Shown here: piece after piece, positions 29,590-38,876 of the stretch
Numbering within the stretch: position 1 is the stretch's first letter
Layout of the letters: each line of letters starts with the position of its first letter
Source: an uncultured Bacteroidia bacterium
GTDB lineage: Bacteria; Bacteroidota; Bacteroidia; JANWVE01
Reading direction: 5' to 3'
NCBI GenBank assembly: GCA_938028625.1
Contig: CALIZB010000003.1
Location: forward strand, 12,103-76,102
DNA length: 64,000 bases
Made by a program: the position numbers and the translations under genes
The notes under the pieces: model-generated
Database searches by the model: none
The model's input: only the letters and a program-made list of their open reading frames with translations
Told to the model about the DNA's origin: nothing

Positions 29590-30897
29590 TCAGTTTGCTT
29601 TCTTGGTTTCGTGTATTTTTACCAAAGCCTCATAACTGACTTTGATAATTTTCTCAATATCTTCATCACTGATAGCATAACTTACAAACATGGCTTCAAA
29701 CTGACTGGGGGCAAGATAAATACCATTATCAAGATTGTATTGAAAGTACTGAGCAAAAAGTTGAGTATCAGAAGTCATGGCAGTAGTAAGGTCGGTTACG
29801 GGAGTGTTTGTAAAAAATAAAGTGAACATAGAACCCACCTGATTAAACTGATAGTTTAAGCCAAGTTTTTGCAAATTAGACTTTATACCTTCTCCGATAG
29901 CAAGTGCTTTTTTATTGACCTGTTCCAGCAAATGAGGATTATCTGCTAATAAACGAAGAGTAGTATAACCCGCCGCCATAGCAATAGGATTTCCACTTAA
30001 TGTACCTGCTTGATATACTTTTCCGATAGGCGCAACACAGTCCATAATTTCTTTTTTTCCGCCGTAAGCACCTACGGGAAGTCCTCCACCAATAATCTTA
30101 CCAAGTGTGGTCATATCAGGAATAATGTCATAGTACTCTTGCGCTCCACCTAAACTTATTCTAAATCCTGTCATGACTTCATCGAAAATAAGAACAATGC
30201 CTTCTTGTGTGCAGAGTTCTCTTAAACCTTGCAAAAATTGTTTTGAAGCAGGTACACAGCCCATATTGCCCACAATAGGTTCTAAAATGATAGCGGCAAT
30301 TTCATTTTTATTTTCATTTACAGCTCTTTTTACAGCATCTAAATTATTGAAAGGTAAAGAGAGTGTATCTTTAGCTGTACCCTTGGTAACTCCTGCACTG
30401 TTAGGAATACCAAAGGTTAAAGCACCACTGCCAGCGTCTACAAGAAAACTATCGCCATGCCCATGATAACACCCAGCGAATTTGATAATTTTATTGCGCT
30501 GTGTATATCCTCTTGCGGCACGAATGGCACTCATAGTGGCTTCTGTACCTGAATTGACCATACGCACTTTTTCAATAGAGGGCACTAATTCGCAGATAAG
30601 TTTTGCCATTTCAATCTCCATACGGGTAGGTGCACCATAAGAAAATGAATTGATACTTGCTTGATATACTGCTTCTATAACAGGGGGGTAAGCATGTCCA
30701 AGTATCATAGGTCCCCAGGAATTTATTAAGTCTATGTAGATATTTCCATCTTCGTCAAATAAATGTGCACCTTTGGCACGTTTGATAAAAACAGGATTTC
30801 CACCTACACTTTTGAATGCTCTTACAGGAGAATTTACGCCACCTGGAATATATTTTTTGGCTTCTTCAAATAACTCTTGGCTATATTTTCTTTGCAT
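29590..30897 (-). CDS. hemL: Glutamate-1-semialdehyde 2,1-aminomutase.
   Basis: MQRKYSQELFEEAKKYIPGGVNSPVRAF, and the PLP-lysine region is conserved. The ORF-track start at 30960 adds a spurious 21-aa hydrophobic extension. The start is taken as the Met at 30897. Confidence 0.9.
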   Translation of the reverse strand: MQRKYSQELFEEAKKYIPGGVNSPVRAFKSVGGNPVFIKRAKGAHLFDEDGNIYIDLINSWGPMILGHAYPPVIEAVYQASINSFSYGAPTRMEIEMAKLICELVPSIEKVRMVNSGTEATMSAIRAARGYTQRNKIIKFAGCYHGHGDSFLVDAGSGALTFGIPNSAGVTKGTAKDTLSLPFNNLDAVKRAVNENKNEIAAIILEPIVGNMGCVPASKQFLQGLRELCTQEGIVLIFDEVMTGFRISLGGAQEYYDIIPDMTTLGKIIGGGLPVGAYGGKKEIMDCVAPIGKVYQAGTLSGNPIAMAAGYTTLRLLADNPHLLEQVNKKALAIGEGIKSNLQKLGLNYQFNQVGSMFTLFFTNTPVTDLTTAMTSDTQLFAQYFQYNLDNGIYLAPSQFEAMFVSYAISDEDIEKIIKVSYEALVKIHETKKAN

Positions 30898-31001
30898 ACC
30901 ACAAAAGTAAAACAAAAATGAAGAGAAAAAAATCAAAAAGAAACAAGTGCATAACCACAAAGGAGATGCACTTGTACAAGAAAAATATATGAGAAATGTT
31001 T

Positions 31002-32225
31002 TTATTTATTAATGCGAGATGAACCTACGCGAGTCATAGCACAGCGGAAGCCAATAGTAGCAGAACGAGAGGTGTCTTGTTCATGTCTTCTTGCGCCGCA
31101 AGTCATGTAGTAAGCGATATCTTTCCACGAACCACCGCGATATACTTTAGTTTTTTCACCTATTAAAGTAGCACTATTTGCACGGCTAACGTTGGTGAGA
31201 TTTTCAGGTTTTGCAGTAAAGTATTCACCTGAGGTGATGTAGCGGTTATCACCATCCAAACGGTCATTTCTGCGGTGTGGGTTAAGGTCATCAGCATCTT
31301 CATAAGTAAGAATACGGTAGGTATCCTGTACCCATTCTGCTACGTTACCAGACATATTGTATAAACCGTAGTTATTAGGTTCACCCCACTTGGTATTAGT
31401 AGGAATAGTGTACACGTCATCTGTATTACGAGGGGTCCAGTCAGCGGCTTCAGAGTACCAGCCTGCATAATCCCCGCGACCATGATAGAAGTTTGCTCTC
31501 CACTCACCGCGTTTAGGTCTGCGGGTTGTATGACCTTCCCATGGATAAAGTTCATTGTACAAACCACCGCGTGCAGCGTATTCCCATTCTGCTTCAGTAG
31601 GTAAGCGGTATTCAGGATACACTACTCTTTGATAACGTGCTGCATCAGGGTCAGTAACAGTAGGGGGGTTATCTTGTGCTAATTTACCATTTACAATAGT
31701 AGTTCTCCATTTGCAGTATTCTTGGGCTTGTAACCAGGTAACACCTACTACGGGGTAAAGATTATAAGCAGGATGCTGGAAATAAGTTTTGGTGTAAGGA
31801 TCATTGAAAGCTAATTCTCTGTACCAAACCATAGTATCAGGAATGTAGAGTTTAAATTTTTCATCTTCTGCGGGGATACTATCTTTCAGACCATACAAAA
31901 ACTGCTTCCAGTCAAGGTTGGATACTTCACACTCATCCATGTAAAAGGAAGATACAGTTACTTGACGTGGGCGAGCGTCCATATCATAACCAATATCTTG
32001 TTCAGAATTACCCAAGTGCATAGTAGCTCCAGGTATAAATACTAGTCCAGGTCCTGTTTCTTGTTCCTGATATTTTTCTACAGTAAAAGGAGTATCTTCT
32101 CCAAATTTTTGCCCTGTTGCTTGGGATACACGCGTACGGTTATCTTTTTTCTTACCGCATCCCGTTGTCCATACTGCAACACTAAGGATAACAGTAAGGA
32201 TAGCTATATTATTAAGTCTTCTCAT
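31002..32225 (-). CDS. FGE/SUMF1-fold lipoprotein of the GldJ / GldK(PorK) family.
   Basis: The lipobox is VWTTGCGKK. The FGE-sulfatase domain hallmarks are RPRQVTVSSFYMDECEVSN, LPTEAEWEYAARGG, MSGNVAEWVQD and RGGSW. It is 407 aa, shorter than canonical GldK, and is directly downstream of a porP/sprF gene. Confidence 0.6.
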   Translation of the reverse strand: MRRLNNIAILTVILSVAVWTTGCGKKKDNRTRVSQATGQKFGEDTPFTVEKYQEQETGPGLVFIPGATMHLGNSEQDIGYDMDARPRQVTVSSFYMDECEVSNLDWKQFLYGLKDSIPAEDEKFKLYIPDTMVWYRELAFNDPYTKTYFQHPAYNLYPVVGVTWLQAQEYCKWRTTIVNGKLAQDNPPTVTDPDAARYQRVVYPEYRLPTEAEWEYAARGGLYNELYPWEGHTTRRPKRGEWRANFYHGRGDYAGWYSEAADWTPRNTDDVYTIPTNTKWGEPNNYGLYNMSGNVAEWVQDTYRILTYEDADDLNPHRRNDRLDGDNRYITSGEYFTAKPENLTNVSRANSATLIGEKTKVYRGGSWKDIAYYMTCGARRHEQDTSRSATIGFRCAMTRVGSSRINK

Positions 32226-32387
32226 ATTCTTTTGCTTATTTTAAGGTGAGTATAAAATTACTGTTTTTAGAATTTTTATGCAATTTACAACAAAATGATT
32301 AACTATGCAAATTTTTGTATGAATATTTATGCACTTTTTTGAAACAAAAAAACATAAATAACTGAATTTCAATGTTTTATTTTTTTA

Positions 32388-33380
32388 TTAAAATCTTGGG
32401 CAAGGCATTCTACGAAAACGCTTTCCTTTGAGTTTATTCGTTTGTTCTACTTCAATATTAAAGGAGATTTCGTGAGCGCCAAGTCCGTATCCTCTCATGT
32501 TTGAAGTAGTAATATCATAACTGTATCCTACGGTAAACATACCTATTTTTATGCCTGCAAGCAAGATAACTGCATCATTTAATCTGTACCAAGAACCTAA
32601 TAAAAGCATTTTGTAATTACCATAAACACCTACGTCTATTTGTGTGAAAGGACCTTGTTTTCTGTATAAACCGCCGAAACCTATATTGGTTTTCTCATTT
32701 ACAGGGAATAAACCACCAATATTTCCTGTCATACGCATAGGAAGTTTGGCACTCTGTCCGTACAATAAAAGGGACTGATTGGGTTGCGTTAAGTGGTGTG
32801 CACTAAAACCCGCATACAAGTATTTGTTATACCATTCTATACCTCCTGCAAAATCAGTGTAAGTAATGGTTCTGCTTGCGGGTAAATTCTCACCAGAGGG
32901 AAGACTACTATTAAACCCTGTTCTTGGGTCAAGTTGGTTACCAAAAGTTAAGAGATAAAAATCTATGCTTTTTTGTGCAAAACCTGCTTGTCCGCCAAGA
33001 AGCAAATTAGAACCACCAAGATTAAAGTTTGCAGAATAAATAGCATTAAAATCAAGGGACTCCAAGTTTCCTTCTCCTGCACGGTCTACATTTATTATAG
33101 CCCCTACTCCGTGTGTAACGAGTTTATTTACCTGTTTTCCGCCTTTGTGAGAAGAACCAAATATCAAGGTCTGGTCATAAGCCGCACTGAATGTATTGTA
33201 ACTCTTACCTAATCCAGGCCACTGGTTTCGGTAAATCAATGTTCCTCTCGGTCCTGCGCCTGAACCAGCAAAAGCAGGGTTCATATACAATTTAGCGGCA
33301 TAAAACTGCGAAAATTGCGGGTCTTGGGCAAAGGTTTGTAACACAACAAAACAAGCAAAATACAATAATACTTTTTTCAT
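32388..33380 (-). CDS. Type IX secretion system membrane protein, PorP/SprF family.
   Basis: The N-terminus MKKVLLYFACFVVLQTFAQDPQFSQFYAAKLYMNPAFAGS matches the PorP/SprF signature. The 330-aa protein is a predicted beta-barrel. Confidence 0.8.
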   Translation of the reverse strand: MKKVLLYFACFVVLQTFAQDPQFSQFYAAKLYMNPAFAGSGAGPRGTLIYRNQWPGLGKSYNTFSAAYDQTLIFGSSHKGGKQVNKLVTHGVGAIINVDRAGEGNLESLDFNAIYSANFNLGGSNLLLGGQAGFAQKSIDFYLLTFGNQLDPRTGFNSSLPSGENLPASRTITYTDFAGGIEWYNKYLYAGFSAHHLTQPNQSLLLYGQSAKLPMRMTGNIGGLFPVNEKTNIGFGGLYRKQGPFTQIDVGVYGNYKMLLLGSWYRLNDAVILLAGIKIGMFTVGYSYDITTSNMRGYGLGAHEISFNIEVEQTNKLKGKRFRRMPCPRF

Positions 33381-33443
33381 ATTTTTGAATGGTTATGCGA
33401 AAATAGACATAATTTTTTATTTCATCAAGAAAAAAATAATTTT

Positions 33444-33980
33444 TTACGGCGTTAGTTTATACACATCAGGCAAATTCCTGCCAAGATTGGCATAGTCTAA
33501 TCCATAACCGACAATAAAATCATCAGGAATTTGAAAACCCACATAATCTAATTGCATTTCAGGAGATAGCTGGTGCTTGTGAAACAGACAAGCAATTTTA
33601 ATGCTCTTGGGATTGCGGTGTTTCAGATAATTGACCAGTATTTCCATAGTTCTGCCTGTATCTACAATATCTTCTACAATAATCACATCTTTGTTCTCTA
33701 CGGTGGCTACGTCTACACCAAGCATAATAAAAGGCTGATGTTTGGCAGAAATTTCTCCCTTGTAACTGGAAATTTTAACAAATTCAAATTCGCAAGAAAT
33801 GGTAAGATGTTTAGCTAATTCTGCCGCAAAAGGAAAAGCACCATTGAGTACAGGTAATATAAGCGGGGTTGTTCCCTCAAAATCTGTGTTAATTTGATGT
33901 GCCATGTTTTTTATTCTGTTCTGAATAATCTCATGGGACATGAAAAGAGTAAAATTTTTATCTAATATTTGTATGTTCAT
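33444..33980 (-). CDS. hpt: Hypoxanthine-guanine phosphoribosyltransferase.
   Basis: The PRPP-binding motif is VIIVEDIVDTGRTM, and the N-terminal flexible loop is LPVLNGAFPFAAELAKHL. Confidence 0.9.
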   Translation of the reverse strand: MNIQILDKNFTLFMSHEIIQNRIKNMAHQINTDFEGTTPLILPVLNGAFPFAAELAKHLTISCEFEFVKISSYKGEISAKHQPFIMLGVDVATVENKDVIIVEDIVDTGRTMEILVNYLKHRNPKSIKIACLFHKHQLSPEMQLDYVGFQIPDDFIVGYGLDYANLGRNLPDVYKLTP

Positions 33981-33985
33981 AATGC

Positions 33986-35944
33986 TTATGAGTGTAAAGA
34001 TTTCAACGTTTTTTCTGCCTGTTCGCGAGCATCAGCTTCAAAAGTAAGCGAAATAAGATTAGCTACGGACTTTAAAAAAGTATGGTCTTCCTGTTCCCAA
34101 TGGGTAATACGCCCTACCTGCTCACAACATATAACGCCAATAGTTTTACCTCTCAAACGAATGGGATAGTCTAACATAGAATAGATATTAAACGGTTTAA
34201 GATAATTTTCTGTAAATTCTGCGGTCTGACTGTCTGTGCGGGCATCATCAGCAATAATAGCATCCTGATAAAACAAACAACGAAAATAATTTGGATAATC
34301 TTTGGCAAAAAGTTCTAAACCCGATTCGTGTTGATTATTCCAATACAAATCTAAACAAGTAATTTTTTCATTGTCTTCCGAGAGTTTCCAAATACTAACA
34401 CGCTCTACATTCATTGCTTTTGCAGTTTTCTCAGTAAAGATATTAAAAACTTTATCCAGACTTTTTAGTTCAGTATAGTTATTGAGAGTAAGTTCAGATA
34501 AAGTATGATTATATATCGCTAATTTTTGTTCTTTTTGATGTAAAATACCATTTAACATGTGTAAGCTCTCTTGTGCGGACTGCAATTCTTCCAAACTTTG
34601 ACGTAATTCTTCATCTTGTGCTATGAGTTCTTCATTCAGACATTTGAGTTCCTGCATCATTTTTTTATTAGTTTCGTTCTCTATGCTTAATACCAATAAA
34701 TCTGCGATGGATTTAGCAAAATAGCGTTCTTCGGGTTCAAAAGTACGCTCTATATTACCGTTTTGCTCATAACAAATACAACCTGAAAAATTACCATCTA
34801 CAAAAAAAGGTACAGCAATGACAGAGATTATACCCATCTGTTTGTAATAAGTATCCGCTAAAGTACGAGTATGAATATGCTTGTAAATATTACTCACAAT
34901 AAGTGTATCTTCTGTATGCAGTACCTGAAAAAACTGAGGGTGTTCAGAAGCAGAGAGAGTATATTTGATAAACAAGTGAGATTGTACATCTTGACTGTAT
35001 AAAACTTCAAGATGTAGTTCTTGCCGCTCAACTTCATACTTCCATATAGAACACTGAGAAATATTTAATTCCTGGCAGGCAATTTTAGAAAGGTATTGTT
35101 GTGCTTGTTTTTTAGTTTCTACTTTTGGTAAAATATTTTTTGTGAAATTATAGAGTACTCGCTGAAACCTGTTGACTAACTCATTTTTACGTAATAAACG
35201 TTCTGTCTGAACACGCATAAATTCTTGCGTAGTACGAAGTTGTTCAAGGTTTTGGGAGAGTTCTTCATTACTGGTTATTAGTTCCTCTGTTTTTACCTGT
35301 AATTCCCGCTCTATAGTTTTCTGATGCGATATATCTCTGAATATAGCAATAAGGTATTCTATTTCCTGTTTGCTATTATATATGGGTGCAGAAATTACTT
35401 CTAAAGGAATACGTTTGTTGTTCTTGAAAATATCTATATTGGTTACGTGGCTTTTTTTGCCTTTGGCGGCAAGGGTCATTGGGAGTTGTTCATAGGGATA
35501 AGGTTCATTACTGTATTCTACATAAAGCGGATACTCTTGTTTGTCTTGTTCAATAATTCCTTTACCCAACAGCCCTACTGCAATATCATTGGCAAGAAAA
35601 GTTTTTCTATCTACCGTCTGGATAAGTACCCCCACAGAAAGTTGATTAAAAAACTCTATAAGAAGTTGTTTTTCAATATGCTCCGTTCTTTGAGAGATGA
35701 TATACACATAATTTTGAGCTAATCTCTTTTTTTGAACAGTCAGAAGCTCATTTTTGCCTGTAACGTATTCACTTTTGTCTTGTATGCATTTTGTAATTAT
35801 TTGCTGAATATCGTGGTCAGAAACAAGCAAAGAACCTTTTACAAACAACAAATTGCCCTTTTTGTCTGTAAAAACTACTTTGGCAGTGAAGTTGTTCAGC
35901 AGAGCATCTATAAGTTCTACATATTCGTTTACACTGATATTCAT
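33986..35944 (-). CDS. Cytoplasmic sensor-like protein with PAS and two GAF domains plus coiled coils. No recognisable output domain.
   Basis: The GAF-like segments are VIAVPFFVDGNFSGCICYEQ and YPIRLRGKTIGVICCEQVGRI. Long heptad-like segments are ELIAQDEELRQSLEELQSAQE. There is no HATPase, GGDEF or HTH. Confidence 0.5.
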   Translation of the reverse strand: MNISVNEYVELIDALLNNFTAKVVFTDKKGNLLFVKGSLLVSDHDIQQIITKCIQDKSEYVTGKNELLTVQKKRLAQNYVYIISQRTEHIEKQLLIEFFNQLSVGVLIQTVDRKTFLANDIAVGLLGKGIIEQDKQEYPLYVEYSNEPYPYEQLPMTLAAKGKKSHVTNIDIFKNNKRIPLEVISAPIYNSKQEIEYLIAIFRDISHQKTIERELQVKTEELITSNEELSQNLEQLRTTQEFMRVQTERLLRKNELVNRFQRVLYNFTKNILPKVETKKQAQQYLSKIACQELNISQCSIWKYEVERQELHLEVLYSQDVQSHLFIKYTLSASEHPQFFQVLHTEDTLIVSNIYKHIHTRTLADTYYKQMGIISVIAVPFFVDGNFSGCICYEQNGNIERTFEPEERYFAKSIADLLVLSIENETNKKMMQELKCLNEELIAQDEELRQSLEELQSAQESLHMLNGILHQKEQKLAIYNHTLSELTLNNYTELKSLDKVFNIFTEKTAKAMNVERVSIWKLSEDNEKITCLDLYWNNQHESGLELFAKDYPNYFRCLFYQDAIIADDARTDSQTAEFTENYLKPFNIYSMLDYPIRLRGKTIGVICCEQVGRITHWEQEDHTFLKSVANLISLTFEADAREQAEKTLKSLHS

Positions 35945-35974
35945 AGGGTATTAGATGTTTTTTACTTTGTTTTT

Positions 35975-36544
35975 TTAGTCTTTGTCGTCGTCATCGTCGT
36001 CATCATCTTTGTCAGAACCTTCTGCTTCGGGCAGAAGTTTTGTTGCACCGTCCATCTTTCCTTTGGTGTATACGCCTGATGTCATATAAATGATTTTTCC
36101 TTGTGGGTCTAAAACATAGAAATAAGGGGTTTCTTTATCAGTCATATTCAGTTCATCTTTATATTTACCTAATCCACCTTGATACACTAATACATATTTA
36201 TGCAATTCAGGGTCAAGCTCTTTTTTGAGTTTATCTTCTATCTTATCCCCAGCGGCTTGTTTGATACCCCCTATCATAATAACAAAATATACTTGGGCTT
36301 CATATTCAGGTTCATGAATAAAAGTACTGAATGCAGGTTGTAACCAGGTTTCTAATTCCTGTTTAGATTTTTGGGAGTATCCTATGCCCAACACAGTATA
36401 TTTACCTTTGGTACTTGTCGGTAGAGTGATATTTTTATTATCTAATGTAGTACCGCTTAATACAGGAAAAGACTTACCTACCTGCGCTATACTAAAAAAA
36501 GGGATTAAATTCAGCAAAGCAATAAACCAATATAGTATTTTCAT
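35975..36544 (-). CDS. Secreted hypothetical protein with a poly-aspartate C-terminal tail.
   Basis: The signal peptide is MKILYWFIALLNLIPFFSIAQ. The C-terminus is EAEGSDKDDDDDDDDKD. No family is recognised. The ORF-track start at 36568 adds 8 aa. Confidence 0.5.
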   Translation of the reverse strand: MKILYWFIALLNLIPFFSIAQVGKSFPVLSGTTLDNKNITLPTSTKGKYTVLGIGYSQKSKQELETWLQPAFSTFIHEPEYEAQVYFVIMIGGIKQAAGDKIEDKLKKELDPELHKYVLVYQGGLGKYKDELNMTDKETPYFYVLDPQGKIIYMTSGVYTKGKMDGATKLLPEAEGSDKDDDDDDDDKD

Positions 36545-36624
36545 AATTGTGGAACAAATATAGTACATTTTTTACGAAAAAGCCATGCCAGAGTTTAAAT
36601 GATTGTAAAATAACCGAAAAAAAG

Positions 36625-36655
36625 CCGTACACTTGTACACGGCTTTTAAGGATAA
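36625..36655 (-). terminator. Weak hairpin terminator between the frameshifted small gene and the poly-D protein gene.
   Basis: The stem is agccgt / acggct with loop acacttgtac, flanked by an A-run and a T-run (aaaaaagccgtacacttgtacacggctttt). Confidence 0.3.
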
Positions 36656-36703
36656 AGAATTGTAATTTATTTTTAAGAAATTTATACTCAAATATAGTAG
36701 GGT

Positions 36704-37080
36704 TTATGCACCTGTATTTTCATCTTTTTTCTCTTCGGTATTTTCTTTTTTCTGTTCTTTCTCTGTAACATGACTCATGGCTTGTTTGGATAACTCTTTG
36801 GAAAGTTCCGCAATAAATTTATCTCTTACAGGTTTTACCACTTCTTCAGGTAAACCATTTTCATCAGCAATAGGCTGAATTTCTTGCTTGAATATATCAC
36901 GGCACTGGTCTTTAATAACTCCCTCTAATTCTTCACCTGTAAGTTTTGACGTTTCTTTATCTAATTTTACTTCTTTGTTTTTTTGGATACAATCTTTTAC
37001 TCTTTTGCCAATGTAGGCAAGGTGATAGGTCTGCCAATCATAGGGGCTTTACCAAAACATTTATACAATTTTTCTATCAT
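36704..37080 (-). pseudogene. Small acidic/Lys-rich protein gene (about 124 aa) interrupted by a frameshift at a G4/C4 homopolymer (37044..37047).
   Basis: Frame A reads MIEKLYKCFGKAPMIGRPITLPTLAKE*. Frame B continues ...YDWQTYHLAYIGKRVKDCIQKNKEVKLDKETSKLTGEELEGVIKDQCRDIFKQEIQPIADENGLPEEVVKPVRDKFIAELSKELSKQAMSHVTEKEQKKENTEEKKDENTGA*. Adding one C to the CCCC run joins the two frames into a single ORF. Frame B has no start codon of its own. Confidence 0.5.
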
Positions 37081-37137
37081 AATGAGATAAGGTTAATATT
37101 TTGCAAAGATAAGTTTTTTTTTAACGTAAAAATATGT

Positions 37138-38694
37138 TTATTTAAAAATAACATCTTTTTTTTGAGGTCTTAATTTTTCTTGCCATTTAAAGTCTTTCAA
37201 AATAGCATTTTCATTATTTATTTCTTTGGGTGGATAAAATATACCATCAGGTTGATTAAAAAACTTTATGGTGGCAGGGCGATTTTCTTTGAAATAAAAA
37301 TCAGCTTCGCTGCATAAAATATAGTTCATTCCGTTTAAAGTTTTATCTTCTTTGAATACATAGTACAGGCTTTCACTGTTACCTGAAACAAACATACGCT
37401 CAATAGCATTATCTCTCAGTTTTACCTGTATTTGTCTGCCTTTGAGCTGATTATACCGAATAGTATCTTCTTGTTGTATCATAAATCCTTTTTGTAGTAC
37501 AGTGATAGAGTCTAATTGCTTGTTTTTAATGTAAGCTATGATATTTTTACCTGTTATTTGGTTCTTCTCTGACCAAAGTATAGGGTTCTGAATAAAGTAA
37601 AATACAGAATCATCACGATTGTACAGTAAAGTATCCGCTACAGCCTGAAAATCTTTTTTGAACAGTTTTGCATTCCTATAAGCATAAATATAGCGTTTTT
37701 TAAGACTGTCCTGTTTGGCTAATAATGTATCTGCGGTAATGTAAAGTGTATCTTTTTCTATCCTGTACATAGTGTAGGCTTTTTGGGTAACATACGTGTA
37801 TTTATGAAAGTCATCTACTCTTGCATATTGCCCAAAAATATGGATACTGCTGTCTTTATTCAATACATGTACATTTCTAAATGCTTCTCCAAGATTATCA
37901 AGTTTGGAAAAATAAACAGAGTCCCCTTTTATGATATATTCTTTATCCTGCATAATCACGTTATTATACAAACTTCCTTTACGCTGTGCTGTCATATAAG
38001 AACCTTTGTAACATACAATATCACTACTGTCATTAAAAATATGTGTTTTTGTGTTAAAATTAGCAATTTGGGTATCTGTATTATAGTCCAATGCGTCTGT
38101 TTGTACTCTATAATCGGGGGCGTAGAGCTTTACGTTATCTCTAAACTCTGCCCAACGAGTTTCGGTATTATAGATAGCATACCTTGAAGTAAGACTATCA
38201 TTAGCATTTACAATTTTACCTTGTTCAAAATATTTACCTGTTTTTGTATTTACATCATATTGAAGGTGCGGTGTGTACAAATGTGTAGAACCGTCATACA
38301 TAATTACATTACCGAGTACGTCAGCAATTTTAGTATTAGCGTCGTACTGCAATTTATCTCCTGTAATAGTTACTTTTCCTGAAACAATGCGGATATTACT
38401 ATATGCTTCAATAAAATTGCGGTCTATGTATTGATAAGCAGAGTCACAAAAAATAGCCGTAGTATCTTGGTGTATGCGTACATCTCCTATCAGTTTTCGG
38501 ATACTTTCTGTGGTTTTGATAAATTCTAATGTATTGGAATGGTCTATGTACACTTTATTGGGTACTTCTTCAGAATTCTGAGCAAAAGAATTTCCGATAT
38601 AAAACAATACTGCAATCCACAGTGTCAAACCGTACTTATTCAAATCTACTTTTCTTTTGAGTAACAATGCCATTATCCAATGAAATAAATACAA
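37138..38694 (-). CDS. OstA-like (LptD N-terminal-like) periplasmic beta-jellyroll repeat protein.
   Basis: The 518-aa protein has a signal-like N-terminus and repeated OstA-type strands (GDVRIHQDTTAIFCDSAYQY...GNVIMYDGSTHLYTPHLQYD...). Confidence is moderate only. Confidence 0.45.
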   Translation of the reverse strand: MYLFHWIMALLLKRKVDLNKYGLTLWIAVLFYIGNSFAQNSEEVPNKVYIDHSNTLEFIKTTESIRKLIGDVRIHQDTTAIFCDSAYQYIDRNFIEAYSNIRIVSGKVTITGDKLQYDANTKIADVLGNVIMYDGSTHLYTPHLQYDVNTKTGKYFEQGKIVNANDSLTSRYAIYNTETRWAEFRDNVKLYAPDYRVQTDALDYNTDTQIANFNTKTHIFNDSSDIVCYKGSYMTAQRKGSLYNNVIMQDKEYIIKGDSVYFSKLDNLGEAFRNVHVLNKDSSIHIFGQYARVDDFHKYTYVTQKAYTMYRIEKDTLYITADTLLAKQDSLKKRYIYAYRNAKLFKKDFQAVADTLLYNRDDSVFYFIQNPILWSEKNQITGKNIIAYIKNKQLDSITVLQKGFMIQQEDTIRYNQLKGRQIQVKLRDNAIERMFVSGNSESLYYVFKEDKTLNGMNYILCSEADFYFKENRPATIKFFNQPDGIFYPPKEINNENAILKDFKWQEKLRPQKKDVIFK

Positions 38695-38876
38695 AAGTAA
38701 AGTGTATATTCTGTATTACCAAAAAAGACAACTGTACTAAAATTTCTCAATACAATTATACTCCGTCTTACAGTTACAGGCATTCAACAAATTGTTGCTT
38801 ACAGACAATATACAATAAAAAAGCGGATACCTGTAAAGAGTATCCGCTCAGATATTTACACATAAAGACTGTTATT

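Noticed and set aside
30898-30960. A 21-aa hydrophobic N-terminal extension of hemL (MWLCTCFFLIFFSSFLFYFCG), which could suggest a membrane-anchored HemL.
   Set aside because: HemL is cytoplasmic and homology starts at MQRKYSQELF. The extension is an upstream in-frame Met in AT-rich DNA.
31002-32225. Calling the FGE-fold lipoprotein an arylsulfatase-maturating enzyme (true FGE/SUMF1).
   Set aside because: The lipoprotein signal and the adjacency to porP/sprF fit the non-catalytic GldJ/GldK family better. Catalytic Cys pair conservation cannot be verified by eye, so this is left as a family-level call.
36946-37173. A plus-strand 75-aa ORF in the 36.9-37.2 kb gap.
   Set aside because: A better-supported minus-strand frameshifted gene (36704..37080) occupies this region, and the plus-strand ORF has low-complexity Leu/Phe content.
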